The notes below the pieces were generated by a model that had not been told where the DNA came from, made no database searches, and saw only the letters and a list, made by a program, of their open reading frames with translations. A DNA stretch of 32,063 bases from Opitutales bacterium (GTDB lineage Bacteria; Verrucomicrobiota; Verrucomicrobiia; Opitutales; UBA953). Made by a program: the position numbers and the translations under genes. Location of the stretch: NCBI GenBank assembly GCA_040398005.1, contig JBBAUX010000008.1, forward strand, positions 50,701-82,763. Reading direction: 5' to 3'. Shown here piece after piece: positions 1 through 10,618 of this stretch (position 1 is the stretch's first letter; each line of letters opens with the position of its first letter).

Positions 1-906
<906 letters not shown>

Positions 907-976
907 TTATGACATCTAATTTTATCTAAAGGATTCATTCTCGCCCATTAGCCCAACTTTAAACTAATTACTTACT

Positions 977-2407
977 ATGCCAGTATTACTGCACGATACC
1001 ATGTCACGCGAGATGCGACCCTTGTTACCCAAGGCCGGTAAATCTACGTTTGGGATGTATTGCTGTGGTCCTACGGTTTACGGCCCGGCCCACATCGGTA
1101 ATTTTAGAACCTTTATTTTGCAGGATATTCTTCGTCGGACATTAGAAGTGGACGGCCTCAAGGTTAAGCACGTCAGAAATATTACCGATGTTGACGATAA
1201 AACGATTCGCGGCGCTCAAGCCGCGCAAACGACCTTAACGGAATTCACCAAGACCTGGACCGATAAATTCCATGCTGACTGCAAAGCCCTTGGACTTCTA
1301 GCACCTCATGTTGAACCGAGTGCCGTCGCGCACATTCCTCAACAAGTGGCTATGATTAAAGCACTGGTGGACAAAGGTAATGCCTATGTCTCGAAAGATG
1401 GCTCCGTTTACTTTAAGGTCAGCAGTTGCCAAGACTATGGTAAGTTGAATCATTTGGACCTTTCAAAACGTGAGACTCAATCCACCAACAGTGCCGGTGA
1501 GGCTAATGATTCCGACGAGTATGATCGGGAGTCGGCCTCGGACTTCGCTTTATGGAAATCGAGAAAACCGGAGGACGGTGCAAATTTCTGGCCAAGCCCC
1601 TGGGGTGAGGGTCGCCCCGGTTGGCATATCGAGTGCTCGGCAATGTCGCTGGAACATTTAGGCGTCACTTTCGATCTCCATGGCGGCGGAATCGATTTAT
1701 GTTTTCCCCACCACGAGAATGAAATCGCGCAAAGTGAATGTGCGACTGGCGTACCGGGTTTTGCTGCCCACTGGTTTCATAGTGCCCACCTGCTGGTGGA
1801 GGGCGAAAAGATGTCAAAAAGTAAGGGAAATCTTTATACATTAGAGGATTTAAAGGCCAAGGGTTACACGCCCATGGAAGTTCGTTTCGCGCTCATTGCC
1901 GGGCACTATAAAAGTTCGCTCAATTTCACCATCAAGGGCCTCGAGGATGCTCGTTCGGCCCTCAGTAAAATTGAAAAGGGCACTGAGAGGATACTTACAG
2001 TAGCAGGATTCTCGAAAGAGGAGTTTGCTGCCCCCACGAAGCAGGAAGTTCAGACCTCTTGGGGACGATTTGCCCCCGCTTGGGCGATTCTGGAGAATGA
2101 TTTAAACATTCCTGGATGCTTGGGTCAGATTTTTACCGTCCTAGCCGACAAATCAGAGCTCACTGTCGAGTCTGCCCGACAAGACTTGAGCGGCTTAGCC
2201 AAAATTCTTTACGCACTAGGTCTCAAACTTTTCACCTCGGCACCTGCGCAAGGTGTTCCAGCTGATGTGGCCGAGCTCGGCGCTAAACGTTGGGCGGCGA
2301 AACAGGCAAAGGACTTCGTCGCCGCCGATCGTCTCCGCTTGGAACTCGCCGAGTTGGGTTGGGCGATGCTCGACCGCAAGGATGGGTACGACCTCAAAAA
2401 GTCTTAA
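977..2407 (+). CDS. cysS: cysteine--tRNA ligase
   Basis: CGPTVY, HIGN, DFALWK, GRPGWHIECSAM, FPHHENEIAQSE and KMSKS motifs. Confidence 0.98.
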   Translation: MPVLLHDTMSREMRPLLPKAGKSTFGMYCCGPTVYGPAHIGNFRTFILQDILRRTLEVDGLKVKHVRNITDVDDKTIRGAQAAQTTLTEFTKTWTDKFHADCKALGLLAPHVEPSAVAHIPQQVAMIKALVDKGNAYVSKDGSVYFKVSSCQDYGKLNHLDLSKRETQSTNSAGEANDSDEYDRESASDFALWKSRKPEDGANFWPSPWGEGRPGWHIECSAMSLEHLGVTFDLHGGGIDLCFPHHENEIAQSECATGVPGFAAHWFHSAHLLVEGEKMSKSKGNLYTLEDLKAKGYTPMEVRFALIAGHYKSSLNFTIKGLEDARSALSKIEKGTERILTVAGFSKEEFAAPTKQEVQTSWGRFAPAWAILENDLNIPGCLGQIFTVLADKSELTVESARQDLSGLAKILYALGLKLFTSAPAQGVPADVAELGAKRWAAKQAKDFVAADRLRLELAELGWAMLDRKDGYDLKKS

Positions 2408-2425
2408 ATAATTTTATTAGACAGT

Positions 2426-2455
2426 TTGACTTTGGTTCTGCCGACTTGGTATAAT
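2426..2455 (+). promoter_or_regulatory. sigma70-like promoter of the SIMPL gene
   Basis: TTGACT (2426-2431), 18-nt spacer, TATAAT (2450-2455) with an extended TG; ATG lies 8 nt downstream. Confidence 0.65.
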
Positions 2456-2463
2456 GATTACCT

Positions 2464-3240
2464 ATGTCGCAATCTTCCTCCACTTCTCAACGTGTCGCTT
2501 TTCTCTTACTCGGTGCTTCTTTAGCCCTTGGTTTTATTATTGGAGCAGAGAAATTAAGCACGGCCATTGCTCAAGTAAGAAAAAGTCAGCCTTCAATTAT
2601 GGTCAAAGGCGTTGCCACTCAAAATATAAAATCAGATCAAGCAATCATGGAATTTTTAGTAATTTGGAGAGGTACCGAGCCAGTTTCCGGTAAGAAAAAC
2701 TCTATTTTACAACGTGATGTTTTAAGAAAAAAACTTCTCGATTTTGGATTTAACGAATCGGAGATAAGTATGGATGGACTTGAGCAACGAAGATTGGAGC
2801 CAGCTAATACTAAAACAACGGGTGCCATTGAGTATGATAAATATGCACGTGGTACAGTGCCTGATTTCATTTATTTTACAGAATTTAAAGTCACAACCGC
2901 TAAGGTTGATCTTGTCGATAAGTTCTTGCGTGAGGACATCGCTCTAGAAAATGATGTTGAAGTAGGCCGTCGGCATGTTGCTTATAAGTTAATCAATGTG
3001 GATGATTCTAAAAAAGAATCACTAATTGCCGCGGCTAAAAATGCCCGAGCGCGTGCTGACGTTTTAGTATTAGGTTCTGGAAGTAAAATTGGAGCATTGT
3101 TAGACGCCTCACAGGGAGCGTTTTCAATTCAAGCCAAAGACTCCGTCGGTGATAGCGACTATGGTTCCATCGATACCAGTTCTATTGATAAAACGATTCG
3201 CGTGGTGGTGACGATGACCTACGAAATTGTTAAGGAATAA
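2464..3240 (+). CDS. SIMPL (DUF541) domain membrane-anchored/periplasmic protein
   Basis: N-terminal hydrophobic helix, I.VKG.A...IKSD.A motif, AA.NARARA, C-terminal DTSSIDKTIRVVVT. Visibly more AT-rich than its neighbours. Confidence 0.8.
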   Translation: MSQSSSTSQRVAFLLLGASLALGFIIGAEKLSTAIAQVRKSQPSIMVKGVATQNIKSDQAIMEFLVIWRGTEPVSGKKNSILQRDVLRKKLLDFGFNESEISMDGLEQRRLEPANTKTTGAIEYDKYARGTVPDFIYFTEFKVTTAKVDLVDKFLREDIALENDVEVGRRHVAYKLINVDDSKKESLIAAAKNARARADVLVLGSGSKIGALLDASQGAFSIQAKDSVGDSDYGSIDTSSIDKTIRVVVTMTYEIVKE

Positions 3241-3280
3241 GGGCTAATATCTCAAATAGTGGGAAGGGAGGTGTGTCCAT

Positions 3281-3328
3281 TCTTGCGCTTGGGTCGAAGA
3301 GACCCTAGCGAAAGAGGTAACCTTTTCG
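3281..3328 (+). promoter_or_regulatory. structured thrS leader with two overlapping hairpins
   Basis: Hairpin A 3281-3315 (core GGGTC-GAAGA-GACCC) and hairpin B 3309-3328 (CGAAAG...TTTTCG) ending 1 nt before the ATG. Confidence 0.45.
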
Positions 3329-3329
3329 T

Positions 3330-5216
3330 ATGTCTACACGTACTCCTATGACTCCCTTAGAGGAGATTCGTCACTCGGCTGCTCACATGCTCGGCGCAGC
3401 CGTTTTGAGATTATTTCCCCAGGCGCAACTCGATATCGGACCGCCCACCGATAATGGTTTTTATTACGATTTTGATTTGGATCATGCCTTTACCGCCGAA
3501 GATCTAGTAAAAATCGAAGAAGAGATGAAACGCATCTCGAAAGAGAATCAGAAATTCGAACGGATGGAGTGCAGTCGCGAAGAAGCTGAACAAATCATTA
3601 AGGAGCGGGGACAAAACCTTTATAAACTCGGACGTCTGGCCGACATCCCTCAAGGTGAGCAAATTTCGTTTTATAAAAATGGCGAGTTCATGGACTTATG
3701 TGCTGGCACTCACGTGCGTTACTCTTCTCAGGTCAAAGCGTTCAAACTTCTAAATATCGCGGGTGCTTATCACCGTGGTAATGAGAAAAATAAACAGTTG
3801 CAGCGAATTTATGGTACCGCTTTTGCAACCAAGGATGAGCTGGAACAATCGATTACCCGTGCCGAGGAAGCGAAGAAACGCGATCACCGTAAACTCGGCA
3901 AAGAATTAAAACTTTTTCATATCGATGAAAAAGTAGGGCAGGGGCTTATTCTTTGGACGCCGAACGGCGCCGTTATTCGTCAAGAACTCCAGAATTTTAT
4001 TTCTGAACGATTATTTCGTACCGGTTATAAGCAGGTATTTACTCCGCATATTGGTAATTTAGATTTATACCGTACGTCGGGACACTTCCCGTATTACAAA
4101 GACGCCCAGTTCCCACCGCTCGTGGAACGTGAAGCGATGGAGATGTTATCGAAAGAAGGTTGTGGTTGTGGTGAATTAACTAACCGACTCGAGCAGGGTG
4201 TGATCCAAGGTTTCTTACTGAAGCCGATGAACTGCCCGCACCATATTAGAATTTTTGCTTCTCAACCTCACTCCTACCGCGACTTACCAGTTCGTTTGGC
4301 TGAGTTCGGTACCGTTTATCGCTGGGAACAATCGGGTGAGCTCAGTGGCATGACGCGGGTTCGTGGATTCACGCAAGATGATGGACACCTCTTCTGTACC
4401 GAAGATCAAGTCGGACAAGAAGTTCAGGGCTGTCTCGAATTGGTTAAAATCGTGCTCAAGACTCTCGGTCTCAACGACTATCGCGTTCGGGTGGGTCTCA
4501 GAAATCCTGACTCCAATAAATACACTGGCTCGACAGAAAATTGGGATAAGGCAGAGGCTGCTTGTCGTGCTGCCGCTGCTACACTCGGGGTTAGTTTTAC
4601 CGAAGAAGCAGGTGAAGCCGCGTTTTACGGACCCAAAATCGACTTTGTGGTTCGCGATGTCATCGGCCGTGAGTGGCAGTTAGGTACGGTGCAAGTTGAT
4701 TTTAATTTACCTGAACGTTTTGAACTTTCGTTTATTGGTCCCGACAACAAACCGCATCGTCCGGTGATGATTCACCGTGCGCCGTTTGGATCGATGGAAA
4801 GATTTGTTGGTATTTTAATTGAACACTTCGCAGGAGATTTCCCAACCTGGTTGGCTCCAGAACAAGTACGTATCATCTCGTTAAACGATGATATGAATCC
4901 TTATTGCGAAGAGCTGGGTAAGACATTAACTGAATTAAATATCCGCTGCACGGTTGATGGATCCTCCGATAAACTCGGTGCCAAAATCCGCCGAGCCGAA
5001 CTCACCAAGGTGCCTCACATGTTAGTCGTCGGCGCCAAAGAAAAAGAAGCTGGCTTGGTGAATGTTCGCTCTCGTGCGGATAAATCATTTGAGGGCAATC
5101 GTACCTTTGCCGAGTTTATCTCCTTAGTGACTGCCGAAATTACCGAACGTCGATTAAAGGCCGTGGTTGCGGCACCCGCTTCACCCAGTCCATCTTCTGG
5201 CGCCCACGGTGCGTAG
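3330..5216 (+). CDS. thrS: threonine--tRNA ligase
   Basis: RHSAAH, DLCAGTHV editing motif, RDHRKLG, KPMNCPHH, RVRGFTQDD, AFYGPKID, IHRAPFGSMERF. An alternative start is the ATG at 3348. Confidence 0.98.
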   Translation: MSTRTPMTPLEEIRHSAAHMLGAAVLRLFPQAQLDIGPPTDNGFYYDFDLDHAFTAEDLVKIEEEMKRISKENQKFERMECSREEAEQIIKERGQNLYKLGRLADIPQGEQISFYKNGEFMDLCAGTHVRYSSQVKAFKLLNIAGAYHRGNEKNKQLQRIYGTAFATKDELEQSITRAEEAKKRDHRKLGKELKLFHIDEKVGQGLILWTPNGAVIRQELQNFISERLFRTGYKQVFTPHIGNLDLYRTSGHFPYYKDAQFPPLVEREAMEMLSKEGCGCGELTNRLEQGVIQGFLLKPMNCPHHIRIFASQPHSYRDLPVRLAEFGTVYRWEQSGELSGMTRVRGFTQDDGHLFCTEDQVGQEVQGCLELVKIVLKTLGLNDYRVRVGLRNPDSNKYTGSTENWDKAEAACRAAAATLGVSFTEEAGEAAFYGPKIDFVVRDVIGREWQLGTVQVDFNLPERFELSFIGPDNKPHRPVMIHRAPFGSMERFVGILIEHFAGDFPTWLAPEQVRIISLNDDMNPYCEELGKTLTELNIRCTVDGSSDKLGAKIRRAELTKVPHMLVVGAKEKEAGLVNVRSRADKSFEGNRTFAEFISLVTAEITERRLKAVVAAPASPSPSSGAHGA

Positions 5217-5288
5217 TCGTGCCTGTCCGACGCAGAAATGTCACTCTTCGCGGATTGCCGATGGTATTTAATTCATTTGATTTAAATA

Positions 5289-6674
5289 ATGTCTAAAAAC
5301 CGCACGACCTCTCGTCGCGATTTCCTAAAATTCGCTGGAGCGGGTAGTATTGTTTTAGGTGCCTCGGCAGTGCCTGCCCTAGGCTCTAGCCCACGGGAGA
5401 GTAAGTCTAATACGGGAATTGGTTCGGCTAAGAATATTATTTTTATGGTGAGTGACGGAATGGGGCTAGGGACTCTTAGTGCCGCTCAACAGTTTCTTAA
5501 ATTAAAAGAAAACCGCAGCAGCCACTGGCTGAAAATTTATCAAGACTTACCCGCCGTCAGATCGCTTTGTGAAACTTACTCAGCCACTGGTTTAGTGACG
5601 GACTCAGCCGCGGCGGCGAGTTGTTGGGGAATTGGTGAACGAGTTGAGAACGGAGTTATCAATATTACACCTGATGGTCGAAAGCCGGTCACGCTCTTGC
5701 AGAAAATGAAAGCGGCCCAGAAACTAACGGGCTTGGTGACGACCACGACCGCGACCCACGCGACGCCTGCCGGCTTCGTGGCAAATTTACCTGCGCGTCA
5801 ACTACAACCACAAATCGCGCACCAGTATTTAGAACGCGGCGTGGATGTGATTCTCGGCGGGGGCTGGACGCATTTTGATAATAATCTTAAAAATGCTTAT
5901 GAAAAGTCTGGATATAAAATTATCCAGAATCGCGATGACCTTTTAGCCGTTAAAGGACGTCAGCCCCTCTTAGGATTATTTGCTGAGAAATACCTACCCT
6001 TTGAAATCGATCGCATCAATACACCGGAGCTAAAGGCATTCACTCCGACCTTGAATGAGATGTCCCGGGTTGCCCTGTCGCAACTGTCTCAAGGATCGGA
6101 AGGTTTTTTCCTGATGATTGAGGGTGGACGGGTTGATCACGCGGGACATGCGAATGATGCGGCAGCGATTATTCTAGAGCAGCTCGCCTTTGATGACACC
6201 ATTGCTACGGTACTGAACTTTGTTGAGAAGAACCCCGACACTTTACTCATTATTACCACGGACCATGGCACCGGCGGAATGCAGATTAACGGGGTAGGTA
6301 ATGATAGTTTTGATACCAATGTTCCGTCGTACATGGACACCAATCAAACTTTCTTACGTTTGGGTGCATTCAAAATGTCACTCGAGCGACTATTCGCTGA
6401 ATCTGAAAGTATTAAATCAGTAGCCGCCTTCCGCGACTTAGTGGTCCGCGTGACAAATCTTAATTTTAAAAAAGATGATTTGAATACAATTTCGGATGTA
6501 GAATCTCTTCAGAAAATCCTCCCGTTGTATACGGCAGCAGGGTGGACGAGCGGAAATCACACCTCGGAAATGGTTGAATTCTGTGCTTACGGTCCGGGGG
6601 CTTCGTTGTTCACTCCGTATTTACGCAATGAACAGGTGCACGCTCATATTCTTCGAGCTGCTGGATTGAGTTAG
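5289..6674 (+). CDS. alkaline phosphatase (PhoA family) with twin-arginine signal peptide
   Basis: SRRDFLK Tat motif; DGMG, TDSAAA (catalytic Ser), THATPA, EGGRVDHAGH, TDHGTGG and HT metal-ligand motifs. Confidence 0.9.
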   Translation: MSKNRTTSRRDFLKFAGAGSIVLGASAVPALGSSPRESKSNTGIGSAKNIIFMVSDGMGLGTLSAAQQFLKLKENRSSHWLKIYQDLPAVRSLCETYSATGLVTDSAAAASCWGIGERVENGVINITPDGRKPVTLLQKMKAAQKLTGLVTTTTATHATPAGFVANLPARQLQPQIAHQYLERGVDVILGGGWTHFDNNLKNAYEKSGYKIIQNRDDLLAVKGRQPLLGLFAEKYLPFEIDRINTPELKAFTPTLNEMSRVALSQLSQGSEGFFLMIEGGRVDHAGHANDAAAIILEQLAFDDTIATVLNFVEKNPDTLLIITTDHGTGGMQINGVGNDSFDTNVPSYMDTNQTFLRLGAFKMSLERLFAESESIKSVAAFRDLVVRVTNLNFKKDDLNTISDVESLQKILPLYTAAGWTSGNHTSEMVEFCAYGPGASLFTPYLRNEQVHAHILRAAGLS

Positions 6675-7243
6675 TATTTAACTCCGCAACCGTAAGGCTT
6701 GGTGCTGTTAACCTCGACTTTTTTGTTATCTTGAGTCGCGGTCACCGCGGCTAAAACGTAATTGGTTGCTTTCTCAATATCGGCTGACTTGCCGGAGCTA
6801 ATGCTGTCGATAGCACCTTTATAAACCAGAACACCTTCACGGTTAATCACGAAACAATGTGGAGTAGTTTTCGCTTCAAATTGTCGAGCGATGGAACCGG
6901 CCGAATCATCGACTACCACACTCGCCTTATTTTTGTCCGTGGTAATCGCACTCTTCAAATCATCTACTTTACCGCCGGTGTTGATGGAGATCCAGATGTG
7001 TCCTGCGGAAGTTACTTGGGTTTGAAACTCCTGCATTTTTCCTACGCTATAAAACTTCTTCACGAAAGGGCAGGTTGGGTTGTACCATTCGAGGACCACA
7101 ATTTTACCTTTGAAGTCCGAAAGTTTTACAGTTTTTCCATCGACCGTTTTCCCGGTGAAGTCGCTAACGTTTTTTCCGATTTCAGGGGAGGCAAAAGCGA
7201 AAATTGAGATGAGAAGACAGAAGAGCGGGATGAGTTTTTTCAT
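6671..7243 (-). CDS. secreted thioredoxin-fold redoxin (AhpC/TSA, peroxiredoxin-like)
   Basis: Signal peptide, VVLEWYNPTCPFV, AKTTPH, YKGAID and C-terminal YGCGVKY. Confidence 0.85.
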   Translation of the reverse strand: MKKLIPLFCLLISIFAFASPEIGKNVSDFTGKTVDGKTVKLSDFKGKIVVLEWYNPTCPFVKKFYSVGKMQEFQTQVTSAGHIWISINTGGKVDDLKSAITTDKNKASVVVDDSAGSIARQFEAKTTPHCFVINREGVLVYKGAIDSISSGKSADIEKATNYVLAAVTATQDNKKVEVNSTKPYGCGVKY

Positions 7244-7372
7244 ATTGTTTATCGTAGATTATAACAACCGTTCCTAGTGAAAGTTCCATATCGCTCAAAA
7301 TTTGGACACTTTTGACCTTTTTTATTTACTCATGGATTGCCAAATGCGGCAAAAGAGGCGAATGAGTTGAAT

Positions 7373-8179
7373 ATGGCTTATGCCAAGAACATCGCGGTCG
7401 TATGCGCAACCGAGGCATCTCTCTGGGAGGAGCTCCGTGCCCGGGCTGAACAAATCAGTCAAAGTGAGGTCGCTTTAAGTCCTTTATTAAACCGCTATGT
7501 GTTAGAGCGTAAAAATTTTGCCGATGGAATTGTCCACCGCCTAGTGGACCGATTATCTCTGACGGGGAAAGATTCGGCCGTCGTGGTGCTGGCTCTAGCG
7601 GAAGCAATCCAAGCCGACTCCGAAATCGTTGCGCAGATGCGTATGGATCTTAAGGCGATTCTGGAGCGAGACCCGGCGACTGAGCATGCGCTGATACCTT
7701 ATTTATGGTATAAAGGTTTCCACGCTATTTCCCTACATCGCATTTCACATTATTTGTGGAAGTCGGGCCGCAAAGATTTAGCGATGTACCTGCAGTCTTT
7801 AATGTCCGAGCACCTGGCCGTGGATATTCATCCAGCGGCTCGTTTCGGAGTGGGCATTTTATTGGATCACGCCACTGGCTTTATCGCGGGTGAGACGGTG
7901 GTCGTGGGTGACAACGTATCGATTCTGCATGAAGTTACTTTGGGTGGAACGGGCAAAGCGCGTGGGGATCGACATCCGAAAATTCACTCGGGTGTATTAA
8001 TCAGCGCAGGCTCAAAAATTCTTGGCAACATCACTGTCGGCGAAGGTGCTAAAATCGGTGCGGGATCGGTAGTTTTAAAAGATGTCGCACCCCATACCAC
8101 CGTCGCAGGTGTGCCCGCAAAAGTGGTGGGAGAAACGACCGTCGACGCGCCCGCGTTGGACATGGATCACTCGCTCTAA
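7373..8179 (+). CDS. cysE: serine O-acetyltransferase
   Basis: RDPA, YKGFHA, VDIHPAA, DHATG, VTLGGTGK..GDRHPK and hexapeptide repeats. ATG at 7373 preferred over TTG at 7337. Confidence 0.96.
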   Translation: MAYAKNIAVVCATEASLWEELRARAEQISQSEVALSPLLNRYVLERKNFADGIVHRLVDRLSLTGKDSAVVVLALAEAIQADSEIVAQMRMDLKAILERDPATEHALIPYLWYKGFHAISLHRISHYLWKSGRKDLAMYLQSLMSEHLAVDIHPAARFGVGILLDHATGFIAGETVVVGDNVSILHEVTLGGTGKARGDRHPKIHSGVLISAGSKILGNITVGEGAKIGAGSVVLKDVAPHTTVAGVPAKVVGETTVDAPALDMDHSL

Positions 8180-8180
8180 A

Positions 8181-9902
8181 ATGAGCAGCCAAAATCCTTC
8201 ACCGGACCGACCCAACGACGCACGCGTTCTCGATTGTTTATATCGAGTGGGTGCCTTTGTGAATGCGACCGAGGACCCTCGCGAAGCGCTCAATTTTATT
8301 TTATCCGAAGTCGTACGCACCTTAGGTGCCAACAGTGCATCGATTTCCTTATTGGAACCCAGCACGGGCATTTTGCGAATCGAGGTAAGCAATGGACTCG
8401 ATGAAAAAACGCACGATAAAGTTTTGCCCGCTGGACAGGGTATCACCGGTTGGGTCGCATTGCACGCCAAGCCATTGTTGGTTCCTGACGTTCGCAAAGA
8501 TAATCGTTACGTAGAATTGCGCAGTAGTGTGCGTTGTGAATTAGCAGTGCCGATGGAACTAATGGGTAATGTGATTGGGGTCGTAAATTGTGACGCCGAT
8601 CGCGAGAATGCCTTTACCGACGCCGACGTGGCCTTTTTATCGCTACTCACGAATGAAGCGTCCAAAGCCGTCGGACGAATCTGGCTCTTACGTCAGCTCC
8701 GTTCCAAGGCAGCGCAGTTAGAGTCGCTCGTTTCGGCCGCCCAAGCTTTAGCCCGCGAAAGGGATGAACCTGGGATTTCCTTAGACTTAGTGAGACATAC
8801 GAAAGCTTTATTAGGCACCCGCGTGGTGGCCTATTATAAATACCAGGAGAACCAACTTAAATTAAAATGCGTGGAAGGTAGTTTAGAGGGTAGTGCGTTT
8901 AGTGAAAAAGTAGAATTAAATCAGAGTTCAATTGGTACAGCGATTAACCGCAGTCGTGCTTTAGTCGTACCCATCACGGGAAAATCGGAAGAACACTTAT
9001 TCTCCAAACTCATTGATCCGATCGCCTCCTCGTCACTACTCGCGGTGCCCGTGAAATATGAAGACGACACGTTCGGAATTCTAGTTTGTATCGCCATGGG
9101 TGCTTATCGGTTTTCGGATGATGATAAGCGTTTAGTGACTGCCTTGGCTTCGTTCGGTGCTTCCTCAATCCAGAATTCGCGTCTCTACGCCAAAGTCTTT
9201 GCGGTAGAAGAGGGATTGCGTCGCAGTGAGCGCTTAACCGCCTTGGGCTTACTTTCGGCGGAAGTGGCCCACGAGATTCGTAATCCGCTTACGGTATTGA
9301 AATTATTATGTGATACCTTGGGACAAGGAATATCGGCGACCGATCCTCGATTTGAGGACATCGGAGTCATGCGGGAGAAAGTCATTCACATGGAAGGCGT
9401 GGTCTCACGGGTTTTGGGTATGAGCAAAGCGCAGTCCGGTGCCTTTAAATCCATAAATCTCGGCGAAGCGGCTCAGAATGCAGTCATACTTATTCGACTA
9501 AAGTTTGAGCAGGCTGGAGTGGTTGCGAAAGTGATTGTCGAAGACGACTTGCCGTTGGTGGAAGGGAACCCAGGTCAGATTCAACAAGTTTTCCTGAATT
9601 TAATCTTAAATGCGATTCAGGCGATGCCGTCGGGCGGTAATTTAAATATCAAAGTCGGCGTCGATCCGTCCTCACAGGGTAAAATGGTTGTCATGACGAT
9701 TGCGGATACGGGCAGTGGTATTCCTCAACAAATTCAGAATAAAATCTTTGAATCCTTCTTTACCAGTCGTGAAGACGGTACTGGACTTGGCTTAGCCATT
9801 GTTAAACGAATTTTACGCGATCACCGGGGGGACATTATTGTCGAATCCACGGGAAAAACTGGAACGGTATTTAAGCTTTGGGTTCCGGTGCTGCAGGCTT
9901 AA
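8181..9902 (+). CDS. soluble sensor histidine kinase with two GAF domains (NtrB-like HisKA/HATPase)
   Basis: GAF motif GITGWVA...ELAVP...FT..D; H-box AHEIRNPL; N-box NLILNAIQAM; DTGSGI; FFTSR; GTGLGL. ATG at 8181 directly follows the cysE stop. Confidence 0.92.
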   Translation: MSSQNPSPDRPNDARVLDCLYRVGAFVNATEDPREALNFILSEVVRTLGANSASISLLEPSTGILRIEVSNGLDEKTHDKVLPAGQGITGWVALHAKPLLVPDVRKDNRYVELRSSVRCELAVPMELMGNVIGVVNCDADRENAFTDADVAFLSLLTNEASKAVGRIWLLRQLRSKAAQLESLVSAAQALARERDEPGISLDLVRHTKALLGTRVVAYYKYQENQLKLKCVEGSLEGSAFSEKVELNQSSIGTAINRSRALVVPITGKSEEHLFSKLIDPIASSSLLAVPVKYEDDTFGILVCIAMGAYRFSDDDKRLVTALASFGASSIQNSRLYAKVFAVEEGLRRSERLTALGLLSAEVAHEIRNPLTVLKLLCDTLGQGISATDPRFEDIGVMREKVIHMEGVVSRVLGMSKAQSGAFKSINLGEAAQNAVILIRLKFEQAGVVAKVIVEDDLPLVEGNPGQIQQVFLNLILNAIQAMPSGGNLNIKVGVDPSSQGKMVVMTIADTGSGIPQQIQNKIFESFFTSREDGTGLGLAIVKRILRDHRGDIIVESTGKTGTVFKLWVPVLQA

Positions 9903-10533
9903 GTAGGCGACTCACTATTTTCCAAGCTAGAGGGAGGAGTGAAATCACGATGACTAAAATGATAACTTTATGGAGTTTGTCAGCGAGGGGAGTCGGGCCG
10001 ATGATATGACCCAGTCCGACCAGTGACGTTATCCAGAGAATTGCTCCGATAATATTCCATTTAAAAAATCTTATACCTGGCATATGGGCCATTCCGGCGA
10101 CGAACGGTACAAAGGTACGCATGATCGGAATAAAACGTGCGATGACTAAGGAGAGTGAGCCGTTTTCCTTAAAGTGTACGTCTGCTTCCTCTATATATTT
10201 CTTTTTAAATAACCAACCGTCAGGTTTGTTTTCTACCTGCTTGCCGAAATTCTTTCCGAGCCACCAGCCCAACTGATTACCGATGATGGCAGCGACAATC
10301 AATAACCCCACCAGTGTCCAAACGTCGAAATACGCGGGACGATTTTTATTGGCTATGCTTAACACGCCGGCAGTGACTAAGAGTGAATCACCAGGAAGGA
10401 AGAAGCCAACGAGCAGTCCAGTTTCTGAAAAGATAATTAAGAATAATACCAAAAGGCCACCCGTTTGAATCAATTCCGTAAGGCCATTGGCGGTATGGAG
10501 ATGGTTCCAGAAATCGGTGAGTCCTTCGAGCAT
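9871..10533 (-). CDS. dedA: DedA/VTT family membrane protein
   Basis: ETGLLVGFFLPGDSLL and ARFIPIMRTFVPFVAG motifs. Confidence 0.92.
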   Translation of the reverse strand: MLEGLTDFWNHLHTANGLTELIQTGGLLVLFLIIFSETGLLVGFFLPGDSLLVTAGVLSIANKNRPAYFDVWTLVGLLIVAAIIGNQLGWWLGKNFGKQVENKPDGWLFKKKYIEEADVHFKENGSLSLVIARFIPIMRTFVPFVAGMAHMPGIRFFKWNIIGAILWITSLVGLGHIIGPTPLADKLHKVIILVIVISLLPLAWKIVSRLLKPAAPEPKA

Positions 10534-10618
10534 ACTGCGAAGTTGGACAAAATAATTCGATTTGGCAACGCCCTATGACCTTGATGTATGTACGCTTTAT
10601 TGCACTTTAGCGTAAGAC

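Noticed and set aside
5217..5288. Pho box upstream of the phosphatase
   Set aside because: The CTGTCC and ATGTCAC half-sites are 15 nt apart, not the 11-nt repeat spacing.
8082..8180. N-terminal extensions given by the ORF track for the kinase (also rarA 13859, methyltransferase 20082, cysE 7337, SMUG1 25612)
   Set aside because: They overlap upstream genes or promoter elements; downstream starts fit better.
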